32,000 bases of DNA from assembly GCA_947479755.1 (NCBI GenBank), contig CANKAM010000003.1:1-32000 (forward strand), in the 5' to 3' direction. Below the pieces are notes generated by a model. The model was given only the letters and a program-made list of their open reading frames with translations. It made no database searches and was not told the DNA's origin. The position numbers and the translations under genes were made by a program. Source of the stretch: Bacteroidota bacterium (lineage in GTDB: Bacteria > Bacteroidota > Bacteroidia > SXHM01). Of the stretch, positions 5,826 through 16,400 are shown one piece after another (the stretch's first letter is position 1; every line of letters begins with the position of its first letter).

Positions 5826-5849
5826 TCAAAATCTCAAAAACATTTTACC

Positions 5850-6719
5850 ATGAATAAGCTATTTCATATAACAGCCCTGCTATTAGGCCTTACTACGCTG
5901 ATTGTTTCGTGCAATAACGATGATGAAGGCGATGACCTGAATGCCGTTTACAACAATGCTGCTTCGCAAACAACTTATAACGATGTGGCCAGCATTGGTG
6001 ATGAGTCGGTTATTGATGATGACCTGAGTTCATTTAAAATGGAGGACATGGAAAAGATTTCTTCGCCCTGCGCTACCATAACTAAAGGCGATACCAATGA
6101 TTTGCCTAATGTTACCACTATTGATTTTGGCAGCACCAACTGCCTGTGCAACGATGGCAAAAACCGCAGAGGCAAAATTGTGATGAACCACCCACCGCCT
6201 TCTTTAGCCAGAGATTCCGGGGCACTTTTTCATCATGAATTTATTGACTTTTATGTAAACGATAATAAGGTACTGGGCTATATTAATGTTACCAATTTCG
6301 GTTTAAGCCCTGATGGTTTTAAACATTTTAAATGGGATATTGTTGGCGGTCTTGAATTAGCCGATGGTGCAGGAACCACTTCCTGGGAGAGCCACCAGGT
6401 GATTGCTTACCTCGCAGGTTTTAACACCCCTAATACCCGTCTGGATGACAAAATTGGCATCAACGGAGGAAGCAGCGGAACCTCACAAACGGGAGAAACC
6501 TTTACAGCTCAAATCGATTCATTAAATCCGTTGAGGCGAAGTTTTTCAATAGGCTGCCGCAAACACTTTTTTGCGGGAACGGCTTTTATTACTCCTCAGG
6601 GCAAACCGATGCGTACCATTAATTATGGTGAAGCTAACCCCGAAATATGCGATGATGTGGCTACCGTTACAGTAAACGGAAATACCTATACCATCAGCCT
6701 GGATAATACACACGAGTAG
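5850..6719 (+). CDS. Lipoprotein of unknown function
   Basis: Signal peptide with lipobox MNKLFHITALLLGLTTLIVS-C, followed by an Asp-rich linker. No family recognised. Confidence 0.75.
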   Translation: MNKLFHITALLLGLTTLIVSCNNDDEGDDLNAVYNNAASQTTYNDVASIGDESVIDDDLSSFKMEDMEKISSPCATITKGDTNDLPNVTTIDFGSTNCLCNDGKNRRGKIVMNHPPPSLARDSGALFHHEFIDFYVNDNKVLGYINVTNFGLSPDGFKHFKWDIVGGLELADGAGTTSWESHQVIAYLAGFNTPNTRLDDKIGINGGSSGTSQTGETFTAQIDSLNPLRRSFSIGCRKHFFAGTAFITPQGKPMRTINYGEANPEICDDVATVTVNGNTYTISLDNTHE

Positions 6720-6738
6720 AACAAGCGAGGTTTTGTTT

Positions 6739-6779
6739 AAAAAAAATCCCCGGCCTGTTATAGGTCGGGGATTTTTTTT
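6739..6779. terminator. Bidirectional intrinsic terminator
   Basis: An A-run, then a 12-bp stem AATCCCCGGCCT / AGGTCGGGGATT (one G-T pair) with a 5-nt loop, then a T8 run. Lies between convergent genes. Confidence 0.8.
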
Positions 6780-6812
6780 GCTGTTCAAATCTGTTTTATG
6801 TTGCTTCCAGAC

Positions 6813-7931
6813 CTACTTCTTATCCGTTTCTTCCACAAACCCCTTCCATCTTTTCATGTAATTGATAAAAACGGGGCTCAGGTCTTGCTCTTTAAGATGC
6901 TGAACGGAGTAAGGCTGCGGAGCAGGCTGCACGGTAAAGTCTTTTACCAACGTGGGCCAGTTGGCATGTGCTATGGCTGCCATGCCTATGGCTACAATAT
7001 CGGCACCCAGTTCAATTGCTTTTTCGGCATCGCTGCGGCTCCGGATAATACCGGCTACAATAATGGGTGTGTGGGGCAGCGCCTCCCGGAAATAGGTGAT
7101 AAGGGCTTTATCACCATCAGCATATTTATCGGGTTTTTTAAAGGCATCCCAGGGCGAGAGGTGGATGTAAGCGGCACCATCGGCAGCCAGCCATTGCGCC
7201 ACCAGAAGACTTTCGTCAAAATCAATTCCTTTAAAGGTGTATTTATCTTCGGGCGAAAGGCGCACGCCTACCAAAAAGTTTTTGGAGGTAACGGCTTTTA
7301 TTTTTTGAAGAATGGTGCGCAACAGGCGGCTTCGGTTTTCAAGCGAACCACCCCACTCATCACTGCGCTGATTGGTAGCCGTACTTAAAAACTGATGCAG
7401 CAGGTAGCCGTGAGCTCCGTGCAGTTCTACTCCGTCAAAGCCTGCCTGTTCGGCCCTTTTAGCGGCTGATACAAAATCTGCTATCGCACGGTTAATGTCA
7501 TCGGTTGTTGCTTCGCGCACCTCAACCGGTGTTTTGGGGTGAGGCATGGTGTGGGCACTGGCGCTCCAGGGTTGTGTGCCGGTACATTCCTGCGGGCTGC
7601 GGGCACCGCCATGAAAAATCTGAACAAGGGCAAGACTGTTATAGGTATGAATACCAGCTGCAAGGCGGGTAAGGCCGGGGAGATGGCTATCGTGAGCAAT
7701 GCCCAGTTCTCCATGCCAGCCTTTGCCGTCTTCTGCTACATAAGCGGCACAGGTACAGATCAATCCGAAGCCTTCTTTAGCCCTGCGTTGAAGCCATTTA
7801 AATTCGTCATCACTCAATGTGCCGTCATTATTACTCTGCAGATTGGTAAGGGGAGCCAGTGCAATGCGATTGGGCATTGTTTTGTCTGTATCATTAAAAC
7901 GGAAAGGGCTAAACAGTTTGGAGGAGGACAT
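6813..7931 (-). CDS. NADH:flavin oxidoreductase, Old Yellow Enzyme family
   Basis: IALAPLTN...GFGLICTCAAYV...GFDGVELHGAHGYLLHQFLS...NQRSDEWGGSLENRSRLL are OYE/NemA-type motifs. Length 372 aa. Confidence 0.9.
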   Translation of the reverse strand: MSSSKLFSPFRFNDTDKTMPNRIALAPLTNLQSNNDGTLSDDEFKWLQRRAKEGFGLICTCAAYVAEDGKGWHGELGIAHDSHLPGLTRLAAGIHTYNSLALVQIFHGGARSPQECTGTQPWSASAHTMPHPKTPVEVREATTDDINRAIADFVSAAKRAEQAGFDGVELHGAHGYLLHQFLSTATNQRSDEWGGSLENRSRLLRTILQKIKAVTSKNFLVGVRLSPEDKYTFKGIDFDESLLVAQWLAADGAAYIHLSPWDAFKKPDKYADGDKALITYFREALPHTPIIVAGIIRSRSDAEKAIELGADIVAIGMAAIAHANWPTLVKDFTVQPAPQPYSVQHLKEQDLSPVFINYMKRWKGFVEETDKK

Positions 7932-8024
7932 AGTTATTTAAGATGTGAGTTGCGGGGATGTAAAGGAATGAAAAATTGAGAAGCAGCAAATGGGTTTTTC
8001 TGTTTCCTTATCTCCTGCTTTTGG

Positions 8025-8032
8025 TAGTTTTG
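8025..8032 (+). promoter_or_regulatory. -7 box candidate for the GH125 gene
   Basis: Exact TAnnTTTG (TAGTTTTG) about 40 nt upstream of the ATG at 8074. The -33 element is weak. Confidence 0.3.
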
Positions 8033-8073
8033 TCATATTACCTTATTCGCCAAAACGTTTATAAACCTCTTCC

Positions 8074-9516
8074 ATGCACCGCAGAGATTTTATCAATAAA
8101 AACACCTTGGCTCTGGGCGCCTTAAGTCTGGTTTCGGCTAAGTCAATAGCGCTTGAACTTTTCCTGAAAGAAGAATTAATAAGCAAGCGCCCTCCTCTTG
8201 AAAAAAGAACCTTTACCAGCAAGGCTGTTGAAGCACAACTGAGCGAAGTAAAAGCAGCCATAAAAGATAAAGAATTGGCCTGGTTGTTTGAGAATTGCTA
8301 TCCCAATACCTTAGACACTACGGTTGATTACGAGCCCATAAACGGCAACCCCGATACCTTTATTATTACCGGTGATATTGATGCGATGTGGCTGCGCGAT
8401 TCAACGGCACAGGTATGGCCCTATATTCCGCTTATTGCAAAAGATGATGAATTGAAAAACCTGGTAAAGGGGCTCATAAGCCGTCAGGCAAAATGTGTTT
8501 TAAAAGACCCGTATGCCAATGCGTTTTATAAAGACCTGAACAAAAAATCGGAATGGAAGAATGATAAACCTAAACCTCAGCACGGAGTGCACGAACGCAA
8601 ATGGGAAATTGATTCGCTCTGCTATTTTATAAGGCTTTCTAACCGCTATTATGAATTAACGGGTGATGCAACAGTGTTTGACAGCGAATGGAACGAAGCG
8701 GCACGCACGGTAGTAAAAACTTTCCGCACCGAGCAGCGCAGTGATGGCACCTCACCCTATTATTTTATCCGCAAATCCTTTAATCCCATTGATGCACCTG
8801 TAAACGATGGTAAAGGAAATCCTGTAAAATTTACCGGCATGATTTGTTCTATGTTCCGCCCTTCTGATGATGCTACTACTTATCCGTATTTAATCCCCTC
8901 GAATATTTTTGCGGTGCTTTCACTCAGGCAACTTTCTGTAATTTATAACACGGTGTTAAAAGATGAAGCATTTGCCAATGAATGTGCATCCTTTGCCGAT
9001 GAGGTAGATGCCGCCATTAAAAAAAGTGCGGTAATACACCACCCCACCCTGGGGGAATTATATGCTTATGAAGTGGATGGTTTTGGCAAGCAACTTTTAA
9101 TGGACGATGCCAATGTTCCTTCGCTTATTTCGCTCACCTATTTAGGCGCTCATAAACCCGATGATGCTATTTATAAAAACACAAGAGCTTTTGTATTAAG
9201 CGGTGAAAACCCCTATTACTTCAAAGGCAAAGCAGCCGAAGGACAGGGTAGTCCGCATACAGGAAATAATCAGATATGGCCAATGGGAATTATTCTGCGT
9301 GCCCTCACCAGCACAGACACAAATGAAATACGCCAGTGCTTAACAATGCTGAAACATACCCATGCAGGTACGGGCTTTATGCACGAATCATTTGATAAAA
9401 ATAATCCCGTTGATTTTTCACGCAAATGGTTTGCCTGGGCAAACACATTGTTTGGTGAGCTGATGGTAAAACTCTATACCGAGCACAGGGAATTGCTGGA
9501 AGCGGAGTATGAGTAA
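8074..9516 (+). CDS. Glycoside hydrolase family 125-like (DUF1237, exo-alpha-1,6-mannosidase type), probably Tat-exported
   Basis: ITGDIDAMWLRDSTAQVWPY matches the TGDIxAMWLRDS motif I associate with GH125/DUF1237. The length fits. The N-terminus MHRRDFINKNTLALGALSL resembles a twin-arginine signal. Confidence 0.75.
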   Translation: MHRRDFINKNTLALGALSLVSAKSIALELFLKEELISKRPPLEKRTFTSKAVEAQLSEVKAAIKDKELAWLFENCYPNTLDTTVDYEPINGNPDTFIITGDIDAMWLRDSTAQVWPYIPLIAKDDELKNLVKGLISRQAKCVLKDPYANAFYKDLNKKSEWKNDKPKPQHGVHERKWEIDSLCYFIRLSNRYYELTGDATVFDSEWNEAARTVVKTFRTEQRSDGTSPYYFIRKSFNPIDAPVNDGKGNPVKFTGMICSMFRPSDDATTYPYLIPSNIFAVLSLRQLSVIYNTVLKDEAFANECASFADEVDAAIKKSAVIHHPTLGELYAYEVDGFGKQLLMDDANVPSLISLTYLGAHKPDDAIYKNTRAFVLSGENPYYFKGKAAEGQGSPHTGNNQIWPMGIILRALTSTDTNEIRQCLTMLKHTHAGTGFMHESFDKNNPVDFSRKWFAWANTLFGELMVKLYTEHRELLEAEYE

Positions 9517-9554
9517 GTGTCGTTTATCATAAAGACAACAAACGGTTCAGGCTA

Positions 9555-9941
9555 CTACTTTTCCCCAATCCACATACCTTTTTCCTCTCCGTTATCATTC
9601 TTCCAATTCCCCGTAAATTTATTGAGCGAGCAATTTTTGTAGAATGTAAATGTTCCGCTTGCTGCCTCTTCCGTCCATTTTCCTGTAAGGGTTACTTCGC
9701 TGCCTTTTGCTTCTATGTGCTCATCCTTTACGGTGCCGTAAATGGTTCCAGTAATAGTTCCGTTTTGGGTTTCGTAATAATAAGATCCGGTCATGGTGTT
9801 TCCATAGGTTTTTATCATGTTAAGCTGGCAATCTGAGCCTTCCCATTTGGTTGCCCAATTACCTGCAAAGTCGCATTTGGTTTGTGCATAAAGTGAAATT
9901 GTTGCAGAAAGAAGCAGAAAAAGCAGAGCGGTTGTTTTCAA
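9555..9941 (-). CDS. Small secreted protein of unknown function
   Basis: Signal peptide MKTTALLFLLLSATISLYAQ. 128 aa, beta-rich with repeated GxW/TGxW motifs. Confidence 0.7.
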   Translation of the reverse strand: MKTTALLFLLLSATISLYAQTKCDFAGNWATKWEGSDCQLNMIKTYGNTMTGSYYYETQNGTITGTIYGTVKDEHIEAKGSEVTLTGKWTEEAASGTFTFYKNCSLNKFTGNWKNDNGEEKGMWIGEK

Positions 9942-9964
9942 GAGTTGTTGGTATTGGTTTGAAA

Positions 9965-9972
9965 CAAATGTA
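9965..9972 (-). promoter_or_regulatory. -7 box candidate for the 9941 gene
   Basis: + strand CAAATGTA, reverse complement TACATTTG (exact TAnnTTTG), about 24 nt upstream of the start. Confidence 0.3.
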
Positions 9973-10122
9973 GGCTTAAATAAATAGTAGTGTAAAATCC
10001 CTATACTGGTTTGTGCTTACTACAACTTGTGCATAAACCCGATTAAATTACATTAATCAAGACCCAAACCTTTCTTAATCAAACCGCATCAATAATTTTT
10101 CCTCCCTGAAATCCAATCAATT

Positions 10123-10170
10123 AGGAAACGACGGAAACGTTTTTTCATAAAAACGTTTCCGTCGTTTCCT
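10123..10170. promoter_or_regulatory. Perfect inverted repeat with 22-bp arms; putative TetR operator (alternatively a read-through insulator hairpin)
   Basis: AGGAAACGACGGAAACGTTTTT tcat AAAAACGTTTCCGTCGTTTCCT; all 22 pairs checked. Each arm contains GGAAACG twice. It ends 8 nt before the -7 box of the tetR-led operon and is followed by TTTTTAT. Confidence 0.55.
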
Positions 10171-10177
10171 TTTTATA

Positions 10178-10185
10178 TACTTTTG
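10178..10185 (+). promoter_or_regulatory. -7 box candidate for the efflux operon
   Basis: Exact TAnnTTTG (TACTTTTG) ending 8 nt before the ATG at 10194. This implies a leaderless or nearly leaderless tetR mRNA. Confidence 0.4.
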
Positions 10186-10193
10186 GCCCCGCA

Positions 10194-10823
10194 ATGGAGC
10201 AAAAAGAACAACAATTTTTAGAAAAGGTAGATAAGCTATTCCTTAGTTGCGGCATCAAAAGCCTCACCATGGATGATATTGCCCGTGAGCTTGGTATCTC
10301 TAAAAAAACGCTTTACCTGCATTGCACCGACAAGGAAGATTTGCTAATAAAATCCTTTTCAAATTACTTTAAATCTGAAGAAGCTTTTCAGGAAGCTATA
10401 TGGGCAAAAAACCTGAATGCTATTGACGAGATGTTTGAAGTAAGCAAACACGTTGCTGAAATGCTGAAGAACCTTCACCCTTCTGTTCACTATGATTTGC
10501 GCAAATATTACCCCGAAGCCTGGAAGATATTTTCGGAATACCGCAAAAACTTCCTCTTCAAATGCGTTGCCGACAATATGGAAAAAGGTAAACAGGAAGG
10601 ACTTTACAGAGCGAACCTGAATATTCCGATAGTAGCCCGCATACACATTGCACGCATAGATGTAATTTTTGATGGAGAACTATTTCCTCCATCGCAATTC
10701 AATTTTCAGGAAGTGTATTTTGAAATGATACGCTACCACATCCGCGGAATAGCCAGCCCGAAAGGCATTGACTATTTCATGGACAAAATAAAAACCATTG
10801 ACCCAACAAATCCCAAAATATAA
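10194..10823 (+). CDS. TetR/AcrR family transcriptional regulator
   Basis: N-terminal HTH LTMDDIARELGISKKTLYLHCTDKEDLL. 209 aa. First gene of the efflux operon. Confidence 0.9.
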   Translation: MEQKEQQFLEKVDKLFLSCGIKSLTMDDIARELGISKKTLYLHCTDKEDLLIKSFSNYFKSEEAFQEAIWAKNLNAIDEMFEVSKHVAEMLKNLHPSVHYDLRKYYPEAWKIFSEYRKNFLFKCVADNMEKGKQEGLYRANLNIPIVARIHIARIDVIFDGELFPPSQFNFQEVYFEMIRYHIRGIASPKGIDYFMDKIKTIDPTNPKI

Positions 10824-10824
10824 T

Positions 10825-12177
10825 ATGAACAGAATTTTAAAACCCGTAATCGCAGCCCTTGCAATACTTATTGCCAATGCTGCTGCTTATGCACAGGAAA
10901 ATACCTCGCAACCCTTCTCACTTAAGCAGGCTCAGGACTTTGCACTTGAAAATGCTTTCAGCGCAAAATCGTATGAACTGGGTATTGGTCAGGCAAAAAC
11001 CAATGTAAATGAATCTATTTCTTACGGATTGCCACAGGTAAACGGCTCTGTTAGCTTTCAGGATTTTCTTCAGTTACCTACATCACTTATTCCCGCAGAG
11101 ATTTTTGGTGGTCCTGCCGGTGAGTTTGCAAAAGTAAAATTCGGTACTACTTATAATCTTACTGCAGGTGCAACAGCATCGCAAATGCTTTTTGACCCCA
11201 CCTGGATTATTGGTGTGCAGGGCGCAAAAATGTATCTTGAGAAAATGCGCAACTTGGATAAAAAGAACGATCAGGATTTGGGTGCTACAATTGAAGAGGC
11301 TTATTACACTGTGTTGGTTGCCGAGCGCAGCAAAAAATTGATGGAACAAAACCTGGTAAGCCTTGAGAAAATACTTTTTGAAACCAAAGAATATTATACA
11401 AGTGGTTTTGCCGAAGAATCAGCGGTTGACCAGTTAAATCTGTTGGTGGCAAACTCAAAAACAGCCATTGACAAAGCAGGCCGACAGGCTGAAATAACCA
11501 AGAATGTTTTAAAACTGCAGATGGGTTATGATCAGGATAAAAACATTCAGCTTACTGATGACCTAGAATCGCTTTGGGTGCTTAATAACCATGAGGCATT
11601 GGTAAATACAAAGTTTGATGTAAACAAAAATATCAACTACTATTTAGCCGATATGGAAATAACGCTGAACAACTATTTAGTGAAAATTGAAAAAGCAAAA
11701 TACCTGCCTACCGCTAACGCTTTTATCAACTACCAGCAACAGGCGCTGAGCAATGACTTCAGCTTTTTTTCTGATGGAGGAAAATGGTTTCCAATGGCGG
11801 TTTGGGGCTTGAATTTAAAAATTCCTATCTGGGATAGTTTTGCAAAAGCGGCTTCGGTAAAACGCTCCAAACTAAATCTTGAAAGAATAAAATATCAGAA
11901 AGACTTTACTGCTCAGCAACTGAAACTCCAGAGTGAAACTGCCCGCTCTAACTACATCAGCGCATTTGAACAATTAAGAGCCGAAGAAGCCAACATAAAA
12001 CTGGCAGAAAGCATCCGCAATAAAACAGTTACAAAATTCAATGAAGGCTTGTCTAACAGCACCGAGCTGATGCAGACCGAAACACAGCTTACGCAAACAC
12101 AAGGCGCTTACATCGGCAGCTTATTTCAACTGATGAAGGCAAAAGCGGAACTGAACAAAACTTTACTCACCTACTAA
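10825..12177 (+). CDS. TolC-family outer membrane efflux protein
   Basis: ORF track 10798..12177. Start moved to the ATG at 10825 (MNRILKPVIAALAILIANAAAYAQ signal peptide), 1 nt after the tetR stop. Two-repeat coiled/beta architecture typical of OMFs. Confidence 0.9.
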   Translation: MNRILKPVIAALAILIANAAAYAQENTSQPFSLKQAQDFALENAFSAKSYELGIGQAKTNVNESISYGLPQVNGSVSFQDFLQLPTSLIPAEIFGGPAGEFAKVKFGTTYNLTAGATASQMLFDPTWIIGVQGAKMYLEKMRNLDKKNDQDLGATIEEAYYTVLVAERSKKLMEQNLVSLEKILFETKEYYTSGFAEESAVDQLNLLVANSKTAIDKAGRQAEITKNVLKLQMGYDQDKNIQLTDDLESLWVLNNHEALVNTKFDVNKNINYYLADMEITLNNYLVKIEKAKYLPTANAFINYQQQALSNDFSFFSDGGKWFPMAVWGLNLKIPIWDSFAKAASVKRSKLNLERIKYQKDFTAQQLKLQSETARSNYISAFEQLRAEEANIKLAESIRNKTVTKFNEGLSNSTELMQTETQLTQTQGAYIGSLFQLMKAKAELNKTLLTY

Positions 12178-12210
12178 GAAAAAGAAAACAGACAAAAACA
12201 AATAACAAAT

Positions 12211-13323
12211 ATGAAACACTTACTGATCCCCGTTCTTGCACTACTAATCGCAGCCTGCAGCAAACCTGAAGGCGGCAATAAAAAAGCGCAACTTGATTCG
12301 CTGAAAAAAGAATATACAGCGCTCACCGAAAAAATAAAAATACTGGAAGCAGAAATTGCGCTTACAGATACTACTAATACAGAAAAGATAATTCCGGTAG
12401 CTGTTACCGAAGCCAAGGCGCAGTCTTTTGTTCACTACCTGGATATTCAGGGTAAAGTAGATGCTGATGAAAATATTACCATCAGTCCTAAAATGCCGGG
12501 TAGCATTACCAAGGTAAATGTAGATGCAGGTGACGATGTAAAAGTTGGTCAGATATTAGGTGAAACAGATAATGCTGCTTTGCTGAAAGGTATGGAAGAA
12601 CTAAAAACCGGACTTGCCTTTGCAACCGAAGTTTTTAATAAACAGAAAAAACTGTGGGATCAAAAAATAGGTTCTGAGATTCAATACCTGCAAGCCAAAA
12701 ACACCAAAGAAGGATTGGAACAAAAAATGGCAACACTTAAGGAGCAGGTTGAAATGACCTACATCAAATCGCCAATCAACGGAACAGTGGATGAAGTTTA
12801 TTTTAAATTAGGCTCAACCGTTTCACCGGGCTATCCTGCGGTGAGAGTTGTAAACACCTCCTCATTAAAAGCAAAAGCAGAAGTAGCAGAAGGCTTTGCA
12901 TCAAAAGTGAAGAAAGGAAACGATGTGGAAATTCATTTTCCTGATCTGGCAAAAGATGTTTCTTCTAAACTTTCTTTTGTTGGAAAAGCTATTAACTCCA
13001 ACACCCGCACCTTCACGGTTGAGGCTGACTTGCCTTCGCAGGATGAATTTCATCCTAACATGGTGGCGGTTTTAAAAGTGGTGGACTTCAAAACGGATTC
13101 GGCTTTGGTTATTCCTATTAACCTTATTCAGAACTCTGAAGAAGGCAGTTACATCATGATTGCCGCAGATGACAACGGCAAAACCGTAGCTAAAAAAACA
13201 ATAATAACTGTAGGACATACCTACCGCGGACAAGCCGAAGTTCTTTCCGGAATTTCAGCAGGCGATAAAGTTATTACCACCGGTTTTCAAGGATTGAATA
13301 ACGGAGAACAGATTAGTTTTTAA
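12211..13323 (+). CDS. RND efflux periplasmic adaptor (membrane fusion protein, HlyD-like)
   Basis: Lipobox LLIAAC, a coiled-coil hairpin, lipoyl/beta-barrel motifs, and position between the OMF and RND pump genes. Confidence 0.9.
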   Translation: MKHLLIPVLALLIAACSKPEGGNKKAQLDSLKKEYTALTEKIKILEAEIALTDTTNTEKIIPVAVTEAKAQSFVHYLDIQGKVDADENITISPKMPGSITKVNVDAGDDVKVGQILGETDNAALLKGMEELKTGLAFATEVFNKQKKLWDQKIGSEIQYLQAKNTKEGLEQKMATLKEQVEMTYIKSPINGTVDEVYFKLGSTVSPGYPAVRVVNTSSLKAKAEVAEGFASKVKKGNDVEIHFPDLAKDVSSKLSFVGKAINSNTRTFTVEADLPSQDEFHPNMVAVLKVVDFKTDSALVIPINLIQNSEEGSYIMIAADDNGKTVAKKTIITVGHTYRGQAEVLSGISAGDKVITTGFQGLNNGEQISF

Positions 13324-13341
13324 TTGATGAATAAAAAATTC

Positions 13342-13420
13342 AACACAGAGAACACAGGGTTTTCAGAGTTACACAGAGTTGTTCTCCGTGAAACTCTGAA
13401 AACCCTGTGTCCTCTGTGTT
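13342..13420. repeat. REP-like long hairpin (AACACAGAGAACACAGGG family) inside the efflux operon
   Basis: 29-nt arms at 13342-13370 and 13392-13420 with one mismatch; 21-nt loop. Lies between the MFP stop (13323) and the pump start (13435). Confidence 0.75.
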
Positions 13421-13434
13421 AAAAAAAATAAACC

Positions 13435-16400
13435 ATGTTAGAAAAATTCAAAGAATTTAAACCCAGCAGTTGGGCTATTGACAATAGAACCAGCATTTAT
13501 GTAATTGCGGCTATACTGAGTATTATGGGTATTTACTCCTATAACACGATGCCGAAAGAACGGTTTCCCGAAATCGTTATTCCTACTATTTATGTCAATA
13601 CTATTTACCCGGGAACTTCGCCAGGTGATATTGAAAACCTCATCACCAAGCCGATTGAAAAACAAATTAAAGCTATATCGGGAGTAAAGAAACTCACCAG
13701 TTCTTCCATTCAGGATTTTTCTATAGTGGTTGTTGAGTTTGCTACCGATGTGGATGTGCCTGCCGCCAAGCAAAAAGTAAAAGATGCGGTGGATAAAGCG
13801 CGCACCGATTTGCCTAACGACATGACATTTGAGCCCAATGTTATTGAAGTGGATTTTTCGGAACAGCCTATGCTGTATGTAAATATTTCTGGCGACTTTG
13901 ACCTGAATAAACTGAAAAAATTTGCCGACCGCATTGAAGATGAAGTGGAAGCTCTGAAAGAAATTACCCGTGTAGATATTGTGGGTGCTCTTGACCGCGA
14001 AATACAGATTAATGTGGACATGTATAAATTACAGGCAGCCACGCTTACCATGGGCGATGTGAGTAATGCCATTGCTTATGAGAACGTAACTGTTTCGGGC
14101 GGACAGGTGAAGATGGGAGGAATGACCCGTGCCATCAGCGTTTCGGGCGAGATAAAAGATGTAAAAGATATTGAAAACATTGTGGTGCGTTCTATGACCG
14201 GTGCACATGTTTACCTGAAAGATATTGCTGAAATAAAAGACGGTTTCAAGGAAAAGGAAAGCTATGCGCGCCTTGAACACAAGAATGTAATTACGCTTAA
14301 CGTTATTAAACGCAGTGGCGAAAACCTTATTGAAGCTTCAGACAAAATTCACGCTATTGTAGCGCGTTTGCAAAAAGAAGAATTTCCGAAAGACCTGATA
14401 GTTACCATGACAGGCGACCAGAGCGGACAAACCCGTTTGGTGCTTCACGAACTGATTAACACCATTATCATCGGATTTATTCTGGTAACGCTGGTGCTGA
14501 TGTTTTTTATGGGTGTAACCAATGCTGTGTTTGTTGCGCTTTCGGTTCCACTCTCCATGTTCATTGCGTTTTTAGTGATGCCAAGTATCGGCTTTACCAT
14601 GAATATGATGGTGCTTTTCTCTTTGCTGCTCGCACTGGGTATTGTGGTGGATGATGCCATTGTGGTAATTGAAAATACGCATCGGATTTTTAACAACGGA
14701 AAGGTTCCTATTATTCAGGCTGCCAAGCAGGCAACGGGTGAGGTGTTTCTTCCCGTGCTTTCAGGAACGTTGACCACGCTTGCACCTTTTGTGCCGCTGG
14801 CTTTCTGGGGTGGTATTGTAGGTAAGTTTATGTTCTTCCTACCCATAACGCTTATTATAACATTGCTTGCTTCGTTGCTGGTGGCGTATATCATTAACCC
14901 TGTTTTTGCTGCTGATTTTATGAAACCGCATGATGCAGAACACGAAAAGAAAAAGGGATACAAAGGATTGCTCATCAGCTGTGCTGTATTTGTAGTGCTG
15001 GCCGTTATTTTTTATGCAAGCGGCTCGGTAGGCATGGGCAACTTTACGGTGTTTATTTTGTTCCTTGTAATTCTTCACCGTTTTGTTCTTGACAGAGGTA
15101 TTAAAGGTTTCCAGAATAAGGTATGGCCTGCGGTGCAGAATATTTACGAAGCTATTGTTACCTGGGCATTGAAAGGATGGAGACCAATTATGTTGCTGTT
15201 CGCAACCATTGGATTGCTGTTCTTCTCGTTCTGGGTTGTTTCCATCAGCAATATAAAGGTGGTTTTCTTCCCTAAGTCAGACCCTAACTTTGTTTATGTA
15301 TATCTTAATCTTCCCATAGGAACTGATGTTGCCTACACCGATTCAATTACACGCATTGTTGAAGACCGCGTTTATGAAGTAGTGGGCGAAGGCAATCCGC
15401 TGGTTTCTTCTATCATAAGCAATGTGGCTATTGGTGCAACCGACCCTACTGAAGGCGACCGCACAACGGCTCCCAACAAGGGAAAAGTCTCAGTTTCGTT
15501 TGTTGAGTTTGGAAAACGAAACGGACAAAGTACCGCAGTTTATTTAGATAAAATACGCGAAGCTTTAAAAGGTATTCCAGGTGCTGAAATTACAGTTGAC
15601 CAGGAGCGTAACGGCCCACCGGTGGGTAAACCTGTGAACATTGAAATTTACGGTGATGACTTTACCGAGTTGGCAAATGCTTCCAATGGTATTAAAAGAT
15701 ATCTGGACTCATTGCAGATTGGCGGTGTGGAAGAATTGAAATCTGATTTGCAAAACAACAAGCCCGAACTGGTGATTGATATTGACCGCGAGCGCGCCAA
15801 CCGTGAAGGTATATTTACAGGACAAATAGGCTCTGAAATACGCACGGCTGTATATGGTAAAGAGGTATCAAAATTTCGTGACGATAATGATGATTATCCC
15901 ATTATGCTGCGCTTTGTTGAGTCGCAGCGCAACGATATTGATGGATTGATGAACATGAAAATTACCTACCGCGATATGACTACGTTTGGCATACGCCAGA
16001 TACCACTTTCATCGGTAGCAAAGGTTCATTATCAAAACACTTACGGAGGTATAAAACGCAAAAATCAGAAGAGACTGATTACCCTTTCGTCCAACGTATT
16101 GAACGGATATAACCCAAATGAAGTGGTTGCTAACGTAAGCGCAGCCATTGAAAAATTTCCTAAGCCCGATGCGGTAACGGTAAAGATGACAGGCGAGCAG
16201 GAAGAACAAAAAGAATCGCAGGACTTTTTGCAGCTTGCACTTCTTCTTTCGGTAGGACTTATTTTTATAACCCTCATTATTCAATTCAACTCCATCAGCA
16301 AAACACTGCTTATTATAAGCGAAGTGATTTTCAGTTTGATTGGCGTGTTGCTGGGTTTCTCCATTTTTGGAATGGAAATCTCCATTGTAATGACAGGCGT

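Noticed and set aside
6546-8261. ORFs 6546..6788(-), 6798..7388(+), 7481..7714(-), 7539..7979(+) and 8043..8261(-)
   Set aside because: They overlap the terminator, the OYE gene or the GH125 start in other frames or strands. They have no motifs, and the overlapped genes have strong family signatures.
10359-16284. Short antisense or alternative-frame ORFs across the efflux operon (10359, 10680, 11083, 12174, 12244, 13438, 13710, 14029, 14445, 14715, 14839, 15648, 16009, 16065)
   Set aside because: All are embedded in confidently assigned TetR/TolC/MFP/RND genes and are typical antisense noise.
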